Shown here piece after piece: positions 10,612 to 20,084 of a DNA stretch of 64,000 nucleotides. Source of the DNA: Candidatus Eiseniibacteriota bacterium (GTDB lineage: Bacteria > Eisenbacteria > RBG-16-71-46); assembly GCA_963776245.1 (NCBI GenBank), contig CAVZLN010000003.1, positions 992,001 through 1,056,000 on the forward strand. Direction: 5' to 3'. Position 1 is the stretch's first letter. The number at the start of each line of letters is the position of its first letter. Made by a program: the position numbers and the translations under genes. The notes beneath the pieces were generated by a model that did not search any database, was not told where the DNA came from, and saw only the letters and a list, made by a program, of their open reading frames with translations.

Positions 10612-11754
10612 ATGGCGCCCCGCGTTCGGCAGTCCCTCGTGGCGATCGCGCTGCTGCTGGCGACCGCCTCACTGGTCGGCGGCGCGGTCCGCCAGGCGCC
10701 GTCCGGCGGCGTGAGCGCCGTGCCCGCGGACTTCGCGCAGGATCCCCTGCTCTACGTGCTCGAGCTGCGATCCGGAGAGGCGCTCGCGCACTGCGAGGCG
10801 GTGTTGAACGATCCCGGCGCCCCGCCCGCGCTGCGCCGCCAGGTGCTCATCACGCTGGCCACCATCCGGCTGGGGCAGAATCGCAACGGGCAGGCGCGCG
10901 AGGCCCTGTTGCAGATGCTGGAGGGGGACCCGACCGGCGACCTCGACCAGCCGCAGCGGCTCCCGCGCCCGATCCGCCAGCTGTTCTACCATCTGCGCGA
11001 CAGTGTGTGCACCTCCCAGCGCGCCGCGCTGACCGACGCCGGCAGCCTGGTCGCCGACATCCGCACGCTCGCGATCGGCGACATCGAGGCGAACGTGGTG
11101 GTGAAGACGAAGTACGACGCGGGGAACCTCTGCCGCGGGCTCGCGCAGGTGCTGATGACCGATCTCCAGGGGGCGACCCCGCTGAAGGTGGTCGACCGCC
11201 AGCGGCTCGAGATGCTGCTCGAGGAACTGAAGCTCAACAAGGACCCGGCGCTGATGGATCCGGACTCCCGCGTCCGCATGGGCCAGCTCTGCGGCGCCCA
11301 GTCCTACCTGTTCGGGCAGCTCATGACGCTGGACCAGAACAAGGTGCGCCTCGACCTGCGGTGGGTGAACACGGCCACCAGCGAGGTGCTGCTCGCCCGC
11401 GGCGCGGAGGGCAGCGTCGCCACCACCGACGACCTGTTCAAGCTCGAGCGCAAGGTCCTGCTCGAGCTGCTGCTGCCCCAGATGCAGCGCATCCTCGACA
11501 GCACCGGCACACCGGGCGACCTGCAGAAGCAGATCGAGAAGTACATGGACGGCAAGCGTCGCGCGATGCCGAGGAACTCCGCCTACGTGCCGGCTCTCGA
11601 AGCCACCGGGATGGCACTCGCGCAGGAGAACGCCCAGCAGTACGACGCCGCGGCGGCCACCTGGCAGCGCGTGGCCACGCTGAATCCGGCCGACTCGCTC
11701 GCGCGGGTGCGCGCTCAGTCGCTGGGCGCCTATCAGAAGCTGCGGAAGGGATAG
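10612..11754 (+). CDS. Exported TPR + CsgG/HfaB-like domain protein
   Basis: Signal-like N-terminus; TPR-like helices; GLAQVLMTDL...LKVVDRQRLEMLLEELKL...RMGQLCGAQSYLFG...RLDLRWVNTATSEV matches the CsgG/FlgO/TolB-N pattern. Confidence 0.75.
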   Translation: MAPRVRQSLVAIALLLATASLVGGAVRQAPSGGVSAVPADFAQDPLLYVLELRSGEALAHCEAVLNDPGAPPALRRQVLITLATIRLGQNRNGQAREALLQMLEGDPTGDLDQPQRLPRPIRQLFYHLRDSVCTSQRAALTDAGSLVADIRTLAIGDIEANVVVKTKYDAGNLCRGLAQVLMTDLQGATPLKVVDRQRLEMLLEELKLNKDPALMDPDSRVRMGQLCGAQSYLFGQLMTLDQNKVRLDLRWVNTATSEVLLARGAEGSVATTDDLFKLERKVLLELLLPQMQRILDSTGTPGDLQKQIEKYMDGKRRAMPRNSAYVPALEATGMALAQENAQQYDAAAATWQRVATLNPADSLARVRAQSLGAYQKLRKG

Positions 11755-11760
11755 CCCGCC

Positions 11761-13074
11761 ATGGCGACCGGCGTGAACCTCCGAGGCGCCGTGGTGACCT
11801 GCGGCGCGCTGGCGACCTGGATGCTCCTGACCGCGGCCCGCGCTCCCATCCAGCAGGTGCGCGACGGGGATGCCGCGGGCGCGGTGACCGCGCTCGAGCA
11901 GGCCGAGACCCGGGCGCCCCGCGATCCGGGCGTGAAGCGCGCGCTCGGCGTGGCGCTGCTCGAGTCCGGCGACGCCGCCGGAGCGATCGCCAAGCTCGAG
12001 GAATCGCTGCGGTTGCGGCCGCGCGATCCCGCGGCGCTCTTCGAGCTGGGCCGGGCCGCCGAGCGCGCGGACCGGCCGCAGCTCGCGCTCGACGCCTATG
12101 GACGCTATCTCGCCCTCGGCGGACCCGGCTCCCCCGAGGTGCGCGCGCGGGTGCGCGAGATCTCGCTGGGGAGCATGCGCGAGGTGCTGCGCCGGGCCCT
12201 CCAGACCGAGCACGCGGCGGGGGTGGATTCCATCCCGCTCAACACCGTCGCCGTGCCGCCGTTCGCGGTCACCGGACTGCCGGACTCGCTCGCCCCGCTG
12301 GCGCGCGGGCTCGGCCAGGTGATGTGCACCGACCTCAGCCAGGTCGCGCGCCTGCGCGTCCTCGAGCGCCAGCGTCTGCAGGTGCTCCTGGAGGAGCTCG
12401 ATCGCGCGACGCCGCGGGTGCAGGGCCCGGCCGGGAGCGGGGCGCCGCGCGAGGTGATGGACCGCGCCTCGGCGCCGCTCGCGGGCCGGCTGCTCGGCGC
12501 GCGCCGCTTCGCGCAGGGCGGGCTGTCGCCGCTCGCCGCCGGCCGCGTCCAGCTCGATGGCGCATTGCTCGACGTCGCGGACGCCTCGTTGCGCACCACC
12601 GGGCCGCCGGTGAGCGGCGAGATGCACGATGTGCTCGCGCTCGAGAAGGCGCTGGTCTTCCAGGCGCTCGACTCGCTCGGCGTCGTCCCGACCCCGGCCG
12701 AGCGCCGCGCCATCGGCGCTCCGCCCACCCGGAGCTTCCCCGCGTTCCTGGCCTACTCGCGCGGACTGGTGTTCGAGGATCAGGGGCGCACCGCGGACGC
12801 GCTCGGGGAGTTCCGCCGCGCGATCGTGCTCGACCCGTCGTTCGCGCTCGCGCGGCAGCAGCAGGCGGTCCTGAGCGTGACCCCGGCGGACCAGGCGGCG
12901 CTGGACCGCCGCCAGCAGCAGTCCGCGATGGCGCCGGACGACTCCGGGTCCCGCCTGCTCCAGAGCGGCATGGAGGTCGGGCTGCGGCTGGGGCCGTCAC
13001 CGCACGACCCGGACGTGCCGCCGGGGGCGCGGGTCCAGACCGTGAACGTGAACATCGTCATCACCCCGCGATGA
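11761..13074 (+). CDS. TPR + CsgG/HfaB-like domain protein
   Basis: TPRs (ALGVALLESGDAAGAIAKLEESLRLRPRDPAALFELG); TVAVPPF...GLGQVMCTDLSQVARLRVLERQRLQVLLEEL...AGRLLGARRF; C-terminal TPR. Confidence 0.75.
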   Translation: MATGVNLRGAVVTCGALATWMLLTAARAPIQQVRDGDAAGAVTALEQAETRAPRDPGVKRALGVALLESGDAAGAIAKLEESLRLRPRDPAALFELGRAAERADRPQLALDAYGRYLALGGPGSPEVRARVREISLGSMREVLRRALQTEHAAGVDSIPLNTVAVPPFAVTGLPDSLAPLARGLGQVMCTDLSQVARLRVLERQRLQVLLEELDRATPRVQGPAGSGAPREVMDRASAPLAGRLLGARRFAQGGLSPLAAGRVQLDGALLDVADASLRTTGPPVSGEMHDVLALEKALVFQALDSLGVVPTPAERRAIGAPPTRSFPAFLAYSRGLVFEDQGRTADALGEFRRAIVLDPSFALARQQQAVLSVTPADQAALDRRQQQSAMAPDDSGSRLLQSGMEVGLRLGPSPHDPDVPPGARVQTVNVNIVITPR

Positions 13075-14240
13075 GAGGGCCCTTCATGCATGCGCGCGCG
13101 CTTCAGGTCCGGTCGGTGACGCTCGGGGCGCTGGCCGGCGTGCTCGCCCTGTGCTCGCCCGTGCGGGCGGTCACGATCTCGAGCGTGTCGCTGCCGGTCG
13201 AGTACCGCTCGTGGACCATCGGGGCCGGGCTCACGGGGAGCGAGACCCGGCTCGAGCAATCCCACCTCCCGGTCACGCTGCACCTCGGCCTGAGCCCGGC
13301 CCTCGACTGGGTCACCTCGTGGGCCGGCGGGCGGTCGGACCTGGGTGAAGCGGGCGCGTTCTCGGCGCGCCTCGACGGCACATCCGCCGTGATGACCCAG
13401 ATGTTCTGGAGGCTCGCCGACGACCACCTGATGCTCCAGACCGGCGTGACGGTCCCTTCAGGAAAGCACGCGCTCTCGGTGTCGGACCTGGCCATCACGC
13501 AGCTCACCAGCCTGCCGGTGCTCGGCTACGGGCTCAAGCGCTACGGTCGCGGGCTCGAGTGGGGAGCGGGAGCGACGCTCGCGTTCCCGCTCGCGTCGGG
13601 AGCGGCGGTGGGATCGATCGGGGCCGGGACTGTGCTGCGGCGGCCGTACCAGTTGATGGTGGAGCGCGAGGACTACCAGCCGGCGTCGGAGTTCGCGGTC
13701 ACCGGGGGCGCGGGCCTGGGCCCGGCCGGTACCGGCGGCCGTCCGCTCCATCTCGATGCCACCTACCGGCTCTTCGGCAAGGACCGCATCGGCGGTCAGG
13801 ACCTGTTCGAGGAGGGGGACCAGCTGGAGCTGCAGGCCCGCGGCCGGACCGGGGGCGAGGGCCTCCAGACGCAGGCCGCGGTCCGCGCCGTGCTCAAAGG
13901 CGACAATCTCGCGATCGCGCCGGCGGACGCTGCCATCGGGAGTCTCAAGTCCAACTCCGGGAACAGCGTGTTCGCGCGGCTGCGGGCCAGCAGGCCGGTG
14001 GGCCGCTTGCGGGCCGGACTGGCCGGCGAGTGGGACGTCACCACCGGCAGCGATTCGTTCGGCCGCGACGGGCACGCGTTCGGGGCGGGACCCACGCTCG
14101 ATCTCCCGCTCGGCGAGCAGCTCCGCCTCCAGCTCGACGGCGAGTATCTGTGGGGCACCCTCGACGGGATCGCGGGATCCGGCTCGATCGCGCTCCACGG
14201 GCTCGCGCTCTCCGCGAACCTCCTGTGGGTGACCCGATGA
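13071..14240 (+). CDS. Putative outer-membrane beta-barrel protein
   Basis: ATGA overlap with the upstream stop (alternative start 13086); signal peptide ...LALCSPVRA; alternating beta-strand pattern ending LALSANLLWVTR. Confidence 0.65.
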   Translation: MRGPFMHARALQVRSVTLGALAGVLALCSPVRAVTISSVSLPVEYRSWTIGAGLTGSETRLEQSHLPVTLHLGLSPALDWVTSWAGGRSDLGEAGAFSARLDGTSAVMTQMFWRLADDHLMLQTGVTVPSGKHALSVSDLAITQLTSLPVLGYGLKRYGRGLEWGAGATLAFPLASGAAVGSIGAGTVLRRPYQLMVEREDYQPASEFAVTGGAGLGPAGTGGRPLHLDATYRLFGKDRIGGQDLFEEGDQLELQARGRTGGEGLQTQAAVRAVLKGDNLAIAPADAAIGSLKSNSGNSVFARLRASRPVGRLRAGLAGEWDVTTGSDSFGRDGHAFGAGPTLDLPLGEQLRLQLDGEYLWGTLDGIAGSGSIALHGLALSANLLWVTR

Positions 14241-14950
14241 TCCCGATCCTCCGCGAGGCCCGCCCATCCGTCCTCGATGCGATCCTCGTCGCCGCCGTGG
14301 CGCTGGCGTTCTCGGGGCTCGGCTGCTCGCGCGCGCTGCCGACGGCGGGGCGGAGCGTGCCGTTGCGCATCGAGCTGGCGGTTCCGGCACGCCCGTCGGT
14401 CCCCGGCACCGGGGCGCAGAGCGTCGCCGGTTGGACCGAGCTCGACTCCATCCGTGTCTCCGCCTACGACATCGGAACCGACCTGCTGAGGGCGGTGGTG
14501 ACGTTCAAGCCCACCGTCGGGGTTCCGGCCCAGGGCGCGGTGCTGGTGTTGCCGTATGCCCCGAGCTACCGGATCACGGCGGAGGGGCTCGGGCGGCAGA
14601 CCTACATCTCGCCGCAGGGAATTCCCGACTCCAGCCTGGCGGGGCTCCAGTACTACGGCGAGCAGGTGGTGCGACTCACCCCCGAGGGAGCGACAGCCAG
14701 CATCGACTTCCGCGACATCGTTCCCTATCCGGGGTTCACGGGCTACGTCGCCGCGGGATGGCGGATCGCCTGGGCACCGATCCCCGGGGCGGTGAGCTAC
14801 CTGGTCACCGTCACGGGTGGGGAGGTCTTCGGCTCGACGGACACCTCGTTCATCGTCCCGCCGACCATCGACCTGGCCCGCGTGAGCGCGCGGCTGCCGC
14901 GCGGCGTGCAGAGTGCGTTCAGCGTCGGGGTACCGTCTCCGGGGTATTGA
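14237..14950 (+). CDS. Putative lipoprotein, beta-rich (Ig/FN3-like)
   Basis: ATGA overlap; lipobox-like AFSGLGC; C-terminal IAWAPIPGAVSYLVTV resembles an FN3 strand pattern. Confidence 0.6.
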   Translation: MIPILREARPSVLDAILVAAVALAFSGLGCSRALPTAGRSVPLRIELAVPARPSVPGTGAQSVAGWTELDSIRVSAYDIGTDLLRAVVTFKPTVGVPAQGAVLVLPYAPSYRITAEGLGRQTYISPQGIPDSSLAGLQYYGEQVVRLTPEGATASIDFRDIVPYPGFTGYVAAGWRIAWAPIPGAVSYLVTVTGGEVFGSTDTSFIVPPTIDLARVSARLPRGVQSAFSVGVPSPGY

Positions 14951-15023
14951 CTACCCTCCAGCGGCGAATGGAGCAGGGAGAAGCCCCTTCGCCCCGCGGG
15001 CCGCGGCGCGGATCCCGAACGCT

Positions 15024-16718
15024 CTAACGCGACGACCTCACGGTGCCGCTCTCGAAGTCGAGCGTGAGGCGCGCCGCGGGATCGCCCCGTACCACCCGAT
15101 AGCGGAACGTCCGCGTGGACCCGTCCGAGACCAGCGCCTGGAGGGTGTGCGTCCCTTCGGTCAGCGGGATCGAGGGGTAGGGATAGCCGTCGAAGCGCCG
15201 CTGCCCGTCCACCACGATCTCGTCGCAGAGCGCGCCGCGGGTCTCCACCAGGTAGGTGCGCTCGAAGGCGGTCGCGCGATCGGCGGGCGCCGGTGCGTGC
15301 GCGGCCGGCGGCGACACGTGCGTGGCCGGCGGCGACGCCTGCGCGGCCGCTGACGGAGTGTGCACCGGCGGCGGAATCGACGCGATCGGCGCCGGCGACT
15401 CCGCGCTCGGCGGCGGTGCCTGCGCGGTCGGCGGCGGGCCCGCGGGCGTCGCGCTCGCGGTCGGCTCCACGGGCGTCGGCGCGGCACGGTGCGCCAGCAG
15501 CCGCCAGCCGATGAACCCCAGCAGCACGACCAGGATCGCCGAGATCGCGACGACCGCCGCGGCGAGCCGCGCGGGTCTCGGTGCCGGCGCCGGCGCCGGC
15601 CGCGACACCGGCAGCGTGAGCTCCTGGACCTGTCCCGATTCCCGGAGCCGCTCGAGCCGGGCGCGCGCATGCCGATGGCTGGGGTCCACGTAGAGCACGC
15701 AGGCGAGCGCCCGTGCCTCGCGGTCGGCCTGCTCCGGGCCGAGGGCCTCGAGTCGCTTCGCCTCCGCCAGGCATCGCGCGATGCGATCGTCGCGCAGCGA
15801 CTTCGCGACCGCGACCGGATCCCGGACGTAGTCCCTCAGCAGCGTGCGCGCGCGCGCGCCGACGGCGCTCTCGATGACGGTGTCGAGCACCTGCGCGGCG
15901 GTCTCGATGTCGGCCGGCCGGCGCGCGGGGTCCTTCTCGAGCATCTCGCCGACCAGGGCGCCGAGGGCCGGCGGGACGAGCGGGTTGTGGCCCTCGAGGC
16001 TCGCGGGGTGGTCGTTGCGGACCGCCTCCATGGTGGCGTACTGATCGTCGCGCTCGAAGGGGTTGGATCCGGACAGCAGCTCGTACGCCAGCACGCCGGC
16101 CGAGAAGGTGTCCGACCGCGCTCCCGCCTCGGCGTCCTGGCCCTCCCCGCCTCGGGTCTGCTCCGGCGACATGTAGGACGGCGATCCCTTGACGTCGCCC
16201 GACTGGCTCAGATGCACGTCGCCCCGCAGCGCGAGCCCGAAGTCCATGAGCTTCACCAGGCCGCTCTGCGAGAGCATCACGTTCGAGGGCTTGAGGTCCC
16301 GGTGGGCGACCGGGGGCCGGGCATGATGCGCGCACCGCAGGGCGTCGAAGACGTCGCGCAGCACCAGCAGCGCGATCTCGAACGGCAGCGGCCGGTGGCG
16401 CTCGAGCAGCCAGGTGCGCAGGTCCGAGCCGTCGACGAACTCGAGGATCAGATGCGGATGTCCGTCCACCTCGCCGTACTTGAGAACCTGCACGATGTTG
16501 GGGTGGCTGAGCCCGGCGTAGGCCTCGCCCTCGCGCCGGAAGCGTCCTCGGCTGGTCGCGTCCTCCGCGAGATGGGAGTGGAGCACCTTGATCGCGACCG
16601 GGCGCTCGGGATCCTTCTGCAGCCCGCGATAGACCGTGGCCTGGCCTCCGGGCTTGCCGAGCTTCTGGTCGCGGAACAGGACGTAGTCGCCCAGATCGAT
16701 CTGTGCGGAGTCGCTCAT
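15024..16718 (-). CDS. Hanks-type membrane Ser/Thr protein kinase with TM helix, Pro-rich linker and small PEGA-like beta C-terminus
   Basis: VAIK, HPNIV, HRDLKPSN, DFG, YMSPEQ; TM LAAAVVAISAILVVLLGFIGW; start MSDSAQ after GAAGGG. Confidence 0.92.
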   Translation of the reverse strand: MSDSAQIDLGDYVLFRDQKLGKPGGQATVYRGLQKDPERPVAIKVLHSHLAEDATSRGRFRREGEAYAGLSHPNIVQVLKYGEVDGHPHLILEFVDGSDLRTWLLERHRPLPFEIALLVLRDVFDALRCAHHARPPVAHRDLKPSNVMLSQSGLVKLMDFGLALRGDVHLSQSGDVKGSPSYMSPEQTRGGEGQDAEAGARSDTFSAGVLAYELLSGSNPFERDDQYATMEAVRNDHPASLEGHNPLVPPALGALVGEMLEKDPARRPADIETAAQVLDTVIESAVGARARTLLRDYVRDPVAVAKSLRDDRIARCLAEAKRLEALGPEQADREARALACVLYVDPSHRHARARLERLRESGQVQELTLPVSRPAPAPAPRPARLAAAVVAISAILVVLLGFIGWRLLAHRAAPTPVEPTASATPAGPPPTAQAPPPSAESPAPIASIPPPVHTPSAAAQASPPATHVSPPAAHAPAPADRATAFERTYLVETRGALCDEIVVDGQRRFDGYPYPSIPLTEGTHTLQALVSDGSTRTFRYRVVRGDPAARLTLDFESGTVRSSR

Positions 16719-16858
16719 CGGGTGCCCTTCGCGCGCGTGGCGCGTCCCGGGACCATCGCGGAGACGGAGGGAGCCATGTCGCGGCGAGACTACCATAGCC
16801 CCGGCGGCGCGCCGCGCACGGCGGCCGCCGGGACCTGCCTCGCCGGGGCGGCGAGCCG

Positions 16859-19800
16859 CTACTCGGAGACGCCCAGTCCGGTCGCCTCGCCGGTGGGCGG
16901 CGGGATGAACCCGGGAGCGGGCTTCGGGTGCGGCTCGCGCGGCGCCCCGACGGCGTGGCCCTCGACCTCGCCGGGAGCGCTCGTCCACTTCTTGAGCCAT
17001 ACCCCGGCCCAGGCGCCGAAGTCGTCGAGGTAGGTGTACACCACCGGGACCACGATGAGCGTGAGCAGCGTGGATGTGATCAGCCCGCCGATCACGGCGT
17101 GCGCCATGGGCGCGCGGAACTCGCTGCCCTGGCCGCTGCCGATCGCGGTCGGCAGCATGCCGAAGATCATCGCCAGCGTGGTCATCACGATCGGGCGCAG
17201 GCGCAGCTGCCCGGCGTCCACCAGCGCGCGGGCGCGCTCGCTGCCCTTCGCGCGCGCCTTGTTGGCGAAGTCCACCAGCAGGATGGCGTTCTTCGTCACC
17301 AGCCCCATCAGCATGATGATCCCGATCATGCTCATCATGTTGAGCGTGCCGCGCGTGATCAGCAGGCTGAGCATCACGCCCACCAGCGACAGCGGCAACG
17401 ACAGCATGATGGCGAGCGGGTGGAGGAACGAGCCGAACTGGGACGCGAGGATGATGTAGATGAAGATGATGGCCATCGCGAGGGCCTCGACGATGTACCC
17501 CACGGTCTCGACGAAGTCCTCCTGCTCGCCGCCGAAGTCGTACGTGTAACCCGCCGGCAGGCGGACCCGGCCCAGTCGCGCCTGGACGTCGCGCACGATG
17601 TCGGTGAGCGGCCGCTGCTGGTAGTTCGCCTCGACCGTCGCCACGCGCTGGAGCCCGATGTGGTCGATCTGCGACGGCGCGCCCGAGAGTTGGAGCGTGG
17701 CGATCTGGCCGAGCGGCACCATCACCGGCTTGCCGGAGCGATCCACCTGGCCGGTGGCGATCGGCACGCGCGCGAGGTCGGCCTGCGAGGTGCGGAACTC
17801 GGGCGCCATGCGCACCACGACGTCGTGCGCGAGCCCGGTCTCGTCCTCCCAGTCCCCGGCCTTCTCACCCGAGAGCACCGGCCGCAGCGAGGCGCCCGCG
17901 GCGCCCACCGAGGTGCCGACCTGGGCGGCGAGGTCGCGGTCGATGACCGCGGTCCACTCCGGCTTGCGCCCCTCGAGGCTCGACTTGAGGTCCACCAGCC
18001 CCGGCACGTCGCGCACCGAGGCGATCGTCTGGTCCGAGAGCTCCTGGAGCTTGTCGAGGCGCGGGCCATTGATGTGGAGCTGGATCGGCGCCTGCGCCCC
18101 TCCGAAGCCGAGCTGCAGGATGCGCGCGGTCACGCCGCGGAAGCGCGGCAGGTCCTGGCGCATCGACACCTCGAGCTGCTGCTGGGACAGCCGGCGCTCC
18201 CGGCGCGGCTTGAGCTTCACGTACACCTGGCCCTTGTTGACCGAGCCGTTCTGCTGGGAGCCGCCGATGCTGGTGTAGGTGTACGCGACCTCGGGGCGCG
18301 AGCGCACGTAACGCACCAGCTCGAGCGCCTTGTCGGTCGTGTACCCGAGCGACGATCCCACCGGCGTCTCGAAGCCGACCACCGTCTCGCCCTCGTCGGA
18401 GTCGGGGAAGAACCGGCCGCCGACGGCGCCGGTCATCGGCAGCGCGAGCGCGATCACGAACGAGAGGGCGGCGAAGCCCATGGTGAGCAGGCGGTGTCCC
18501 AGCGCCCATCCGATGAGCCCGCGGTAGGCGATGCCGACCTTCTCGAACCCGTCGTTGAAGCGCCTCAGGGCCTTGCCGACCGGGCCCTTCTGCTCCTGGC
18601 CCTCGGCCTGCGGGTCGTACCAGCGCGACGAGAGCATCGGGTCGAGCGTGAACGACACGAACAGCGAGACCAGCACGGCGAACGCCACGGTGATGCCGAA
18701 CGAGAAGAAGAACCGGCCGACGATGCCGCCCATGAAGGCCACCGGCACGAACACCGCGATGATGGTGAACGAGGTGGCGAGCACCGCGAAGCCGATCTCG
18801 GCGGTGCCGTTGCGCGCGGCGGTGAAGTGGTCCTCGCCGCGCTCGACGTGCCGCACGATGTTCTCGCGCACCACGATGGCGTCGTCGATGAGCATGCCGA
18901 TGACCAGCGAGAGCGCCATCAGCGTCATGGTGTTGAGCGTGAACCCGAACGCCAGGATGGCGGCGAACGACGAGATCACCGACACCGGCAGGGTGAGGCC
19001 GGTGATGACCGTCGAGCGCCACGAGTTCAGGAACAGGAAGACGATGAGGATGGTGAGGAGGGCGCCCTCGAGCAGCGTCTTCTTCACGTCATCCACCGAG
19101 TCCTTGATGGACTGCGAGTTGTCCCGGATCGGGGAGATGACCACGCCCCCCGGCAGCGACCGGTTGAGCGCGGCGACCGCGGCGCGGATGTCCTCGGCGA
19201 TCTGCACCGTGTTGCCGCCGGAGACCTTGCGCACCGAGACCGCCACCGCCCGGTCCCCGTTCACGTAAGCGGCGTCGCGCGCTTCCTCCTGGGCGTCCTC
19301 GACGCGCGCCACCTGGTCGAGCCGCACCGAGGTGCTGCCGCGCGTCGCGATCACCAGCTCGTTGAATCCGCGCGGGTCCTGGATGCGGCCCTTGATGCGC
19401 ACCAGTTCCTCGCGGGAGCCGCGGTCCACGCGGCCCGCGGGGACGTCGGTGTTCTCGCGCCGTAGCGCCGCCACCACCATGTCGGGGGACACGCCCAGCG
19501 CATCCATGCGGTCGGGCATCAACAGCGCCTGGATCTCGCGCCGCACGCCGCCCTCGACCGCCACGTTCCCCACCCCGGGGATGTTCTCGAGCCGCTTGCT
19601 GATGGTCTCCTCGGCGAGCGTGGTGAGGTCGCGCAGCGACATCCCCTCGCCCTTCACGGAGAACGTCATGATCGGGTCGCCCTGGACGTCGAACTTCGAC
19701 ACCACCGGCGGGTCGATGTCCTTGGGCAGTTCGAGGCGGAGGGCGTCGAGCTTCGCGCGCACGTCCGCCTGCGCGTCCGCGACCTTGATGCCGAGGCGGA

Positions 19801-20083
19801 ACTGGATGAAGACCTGCGAGAAGCCCTCGGTGGAGACCGAGGTGATCTTCTTCACGCCCTCCACCGGGTTGACCGCCTCCTCGATCTTCTTGGTGACCTC
19901 GCGCTCGACCGCCTCGGGGCTCGCGCCGGGGTAGTTGGTCTGCACCCCGACGAACGGGAACTCGATGTCCGGCCACTGGTCGATGGCGAGGCGCCGGTAG
20001 GCGAAGATGCCGAAGGTGACCAGCGCCACGATCATCATCGTGGCGAGCACCGGCCGCTTGATGGAGAGATCGCTCAGGAACAT
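16859..20083 (-). CDS. RND efflux permease (AcrB/AcrD/AcrF family)
   Basis: MFLSDLSIKRPV, IGMLIDDAIVVRENI, GLVTKNAILLVDF, RLRPIVMTTLAMIFGMLP; 1074 aa. Confidence 0.96.
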   Translation of the reverse strand: MFLSDLSIKRPVLATMMIVALVTFGIFAYRRLAIDQWPDIEFPFVGVQTNYPGASPEAVEREVTKKIEEAVNPVEGVKKITSVSTEGFSQVFIQFRLGIKVADAQADVRAKLDALRLELPKDIDPPVVSKFDVQGDPIMTFSVKGEGMSLRDLTTLAEETISKRLENIPGVGNVAVEGGVRREIQALLMPDRMDALGVSPDMVVAALRRENTDVPAGRVDRGSREELVRIKGRIQDPRGFNELVIATRGSTSVRLDQVARVEDAQEEARDAAYVNGDRAVAVSVRKVSGGNTVQIAEDIRAAVAALNRSLPGGVVISPIRDNSQSIKDSVDDVKKTLLEGALLTILIVFLFLNSWRSTVITGLTLPVSVISSFAAILAFGFTLNTMTLMALSLVIGMLIDDAIVVRENIVRHVERGEDHFTAARNGTAEIGFAVLATSFTIIAVFVPVAFMGGIVGRFFFSFGITVAFAVLVSLFVSFTLDPMLSSRWYDPQAEGQEQKGPVGKALRRFNDGFEKVGIAYRGLIGWALGHRLLTMGFAALSFVIALALPMTGAVGGRFFPDSDEGETVVGFETPVGSSLGYTTDKALELVRYVRSRPEVAYTYTSIGGSQQNGSVNKGQVYVKLKPRRERRLSQQQLEVSMRQDLPRFRGVTARILQLGFGGAQAPIQLHINGPRLDKLQELSDQTIASVRDVPGLVDLKSSLEGRKPEWTAVIDRDLAAQVGTSVGAAGASLRPVLSGEKAGDWEDETGLAHDVVVRMAPEFRTSQADLARVPIATGQVDRSGKPVMVPLGQIATLQLSGAPSQIDHIGLQRVATVEANYQQRPLTDIVRDVQARLGRVRLPAGYTYDFGGEQEDFVETVGYIVEALAMAIIFIYIILASQFGSFLHPLAIMLSLPLSLVGVMLSLLITRGTLNMMSMIGIIMLMGLVTKNAILLVDFANKARAKGSERARALVDAGQLRLRPIVMTTLAMIFGMLPTAIGSGQGSEFRAPMAHAVIGGLITSTLLTLIVVPVVYTYLDDFGAWAGVWLKKWTSAPGEVEGHAVGAPREPHPKPAPGFIPPPTGEATGLGVSE

Positions 20084-20084
20084 C

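Noticed and set aside
11007..13070. Long N-terminal extensions in the ORF track (11007, 27235, 35089, 52062, 55721, 62120 and others)
   Set aside because: Arg/Ala/Gly-rich off-frame reads overlapping real genes; true starts are supported by RBS, ATGA overlaps or signal peptides.
15280..15480. Near-tandem repeats (gcgtgcgcggccggcggcgacacg / gcgtggccggcggcgacgcc)
   Set aside because: They encode the Pro/Ala linker of the kinase; not a CRISPR array or mobile repeat.
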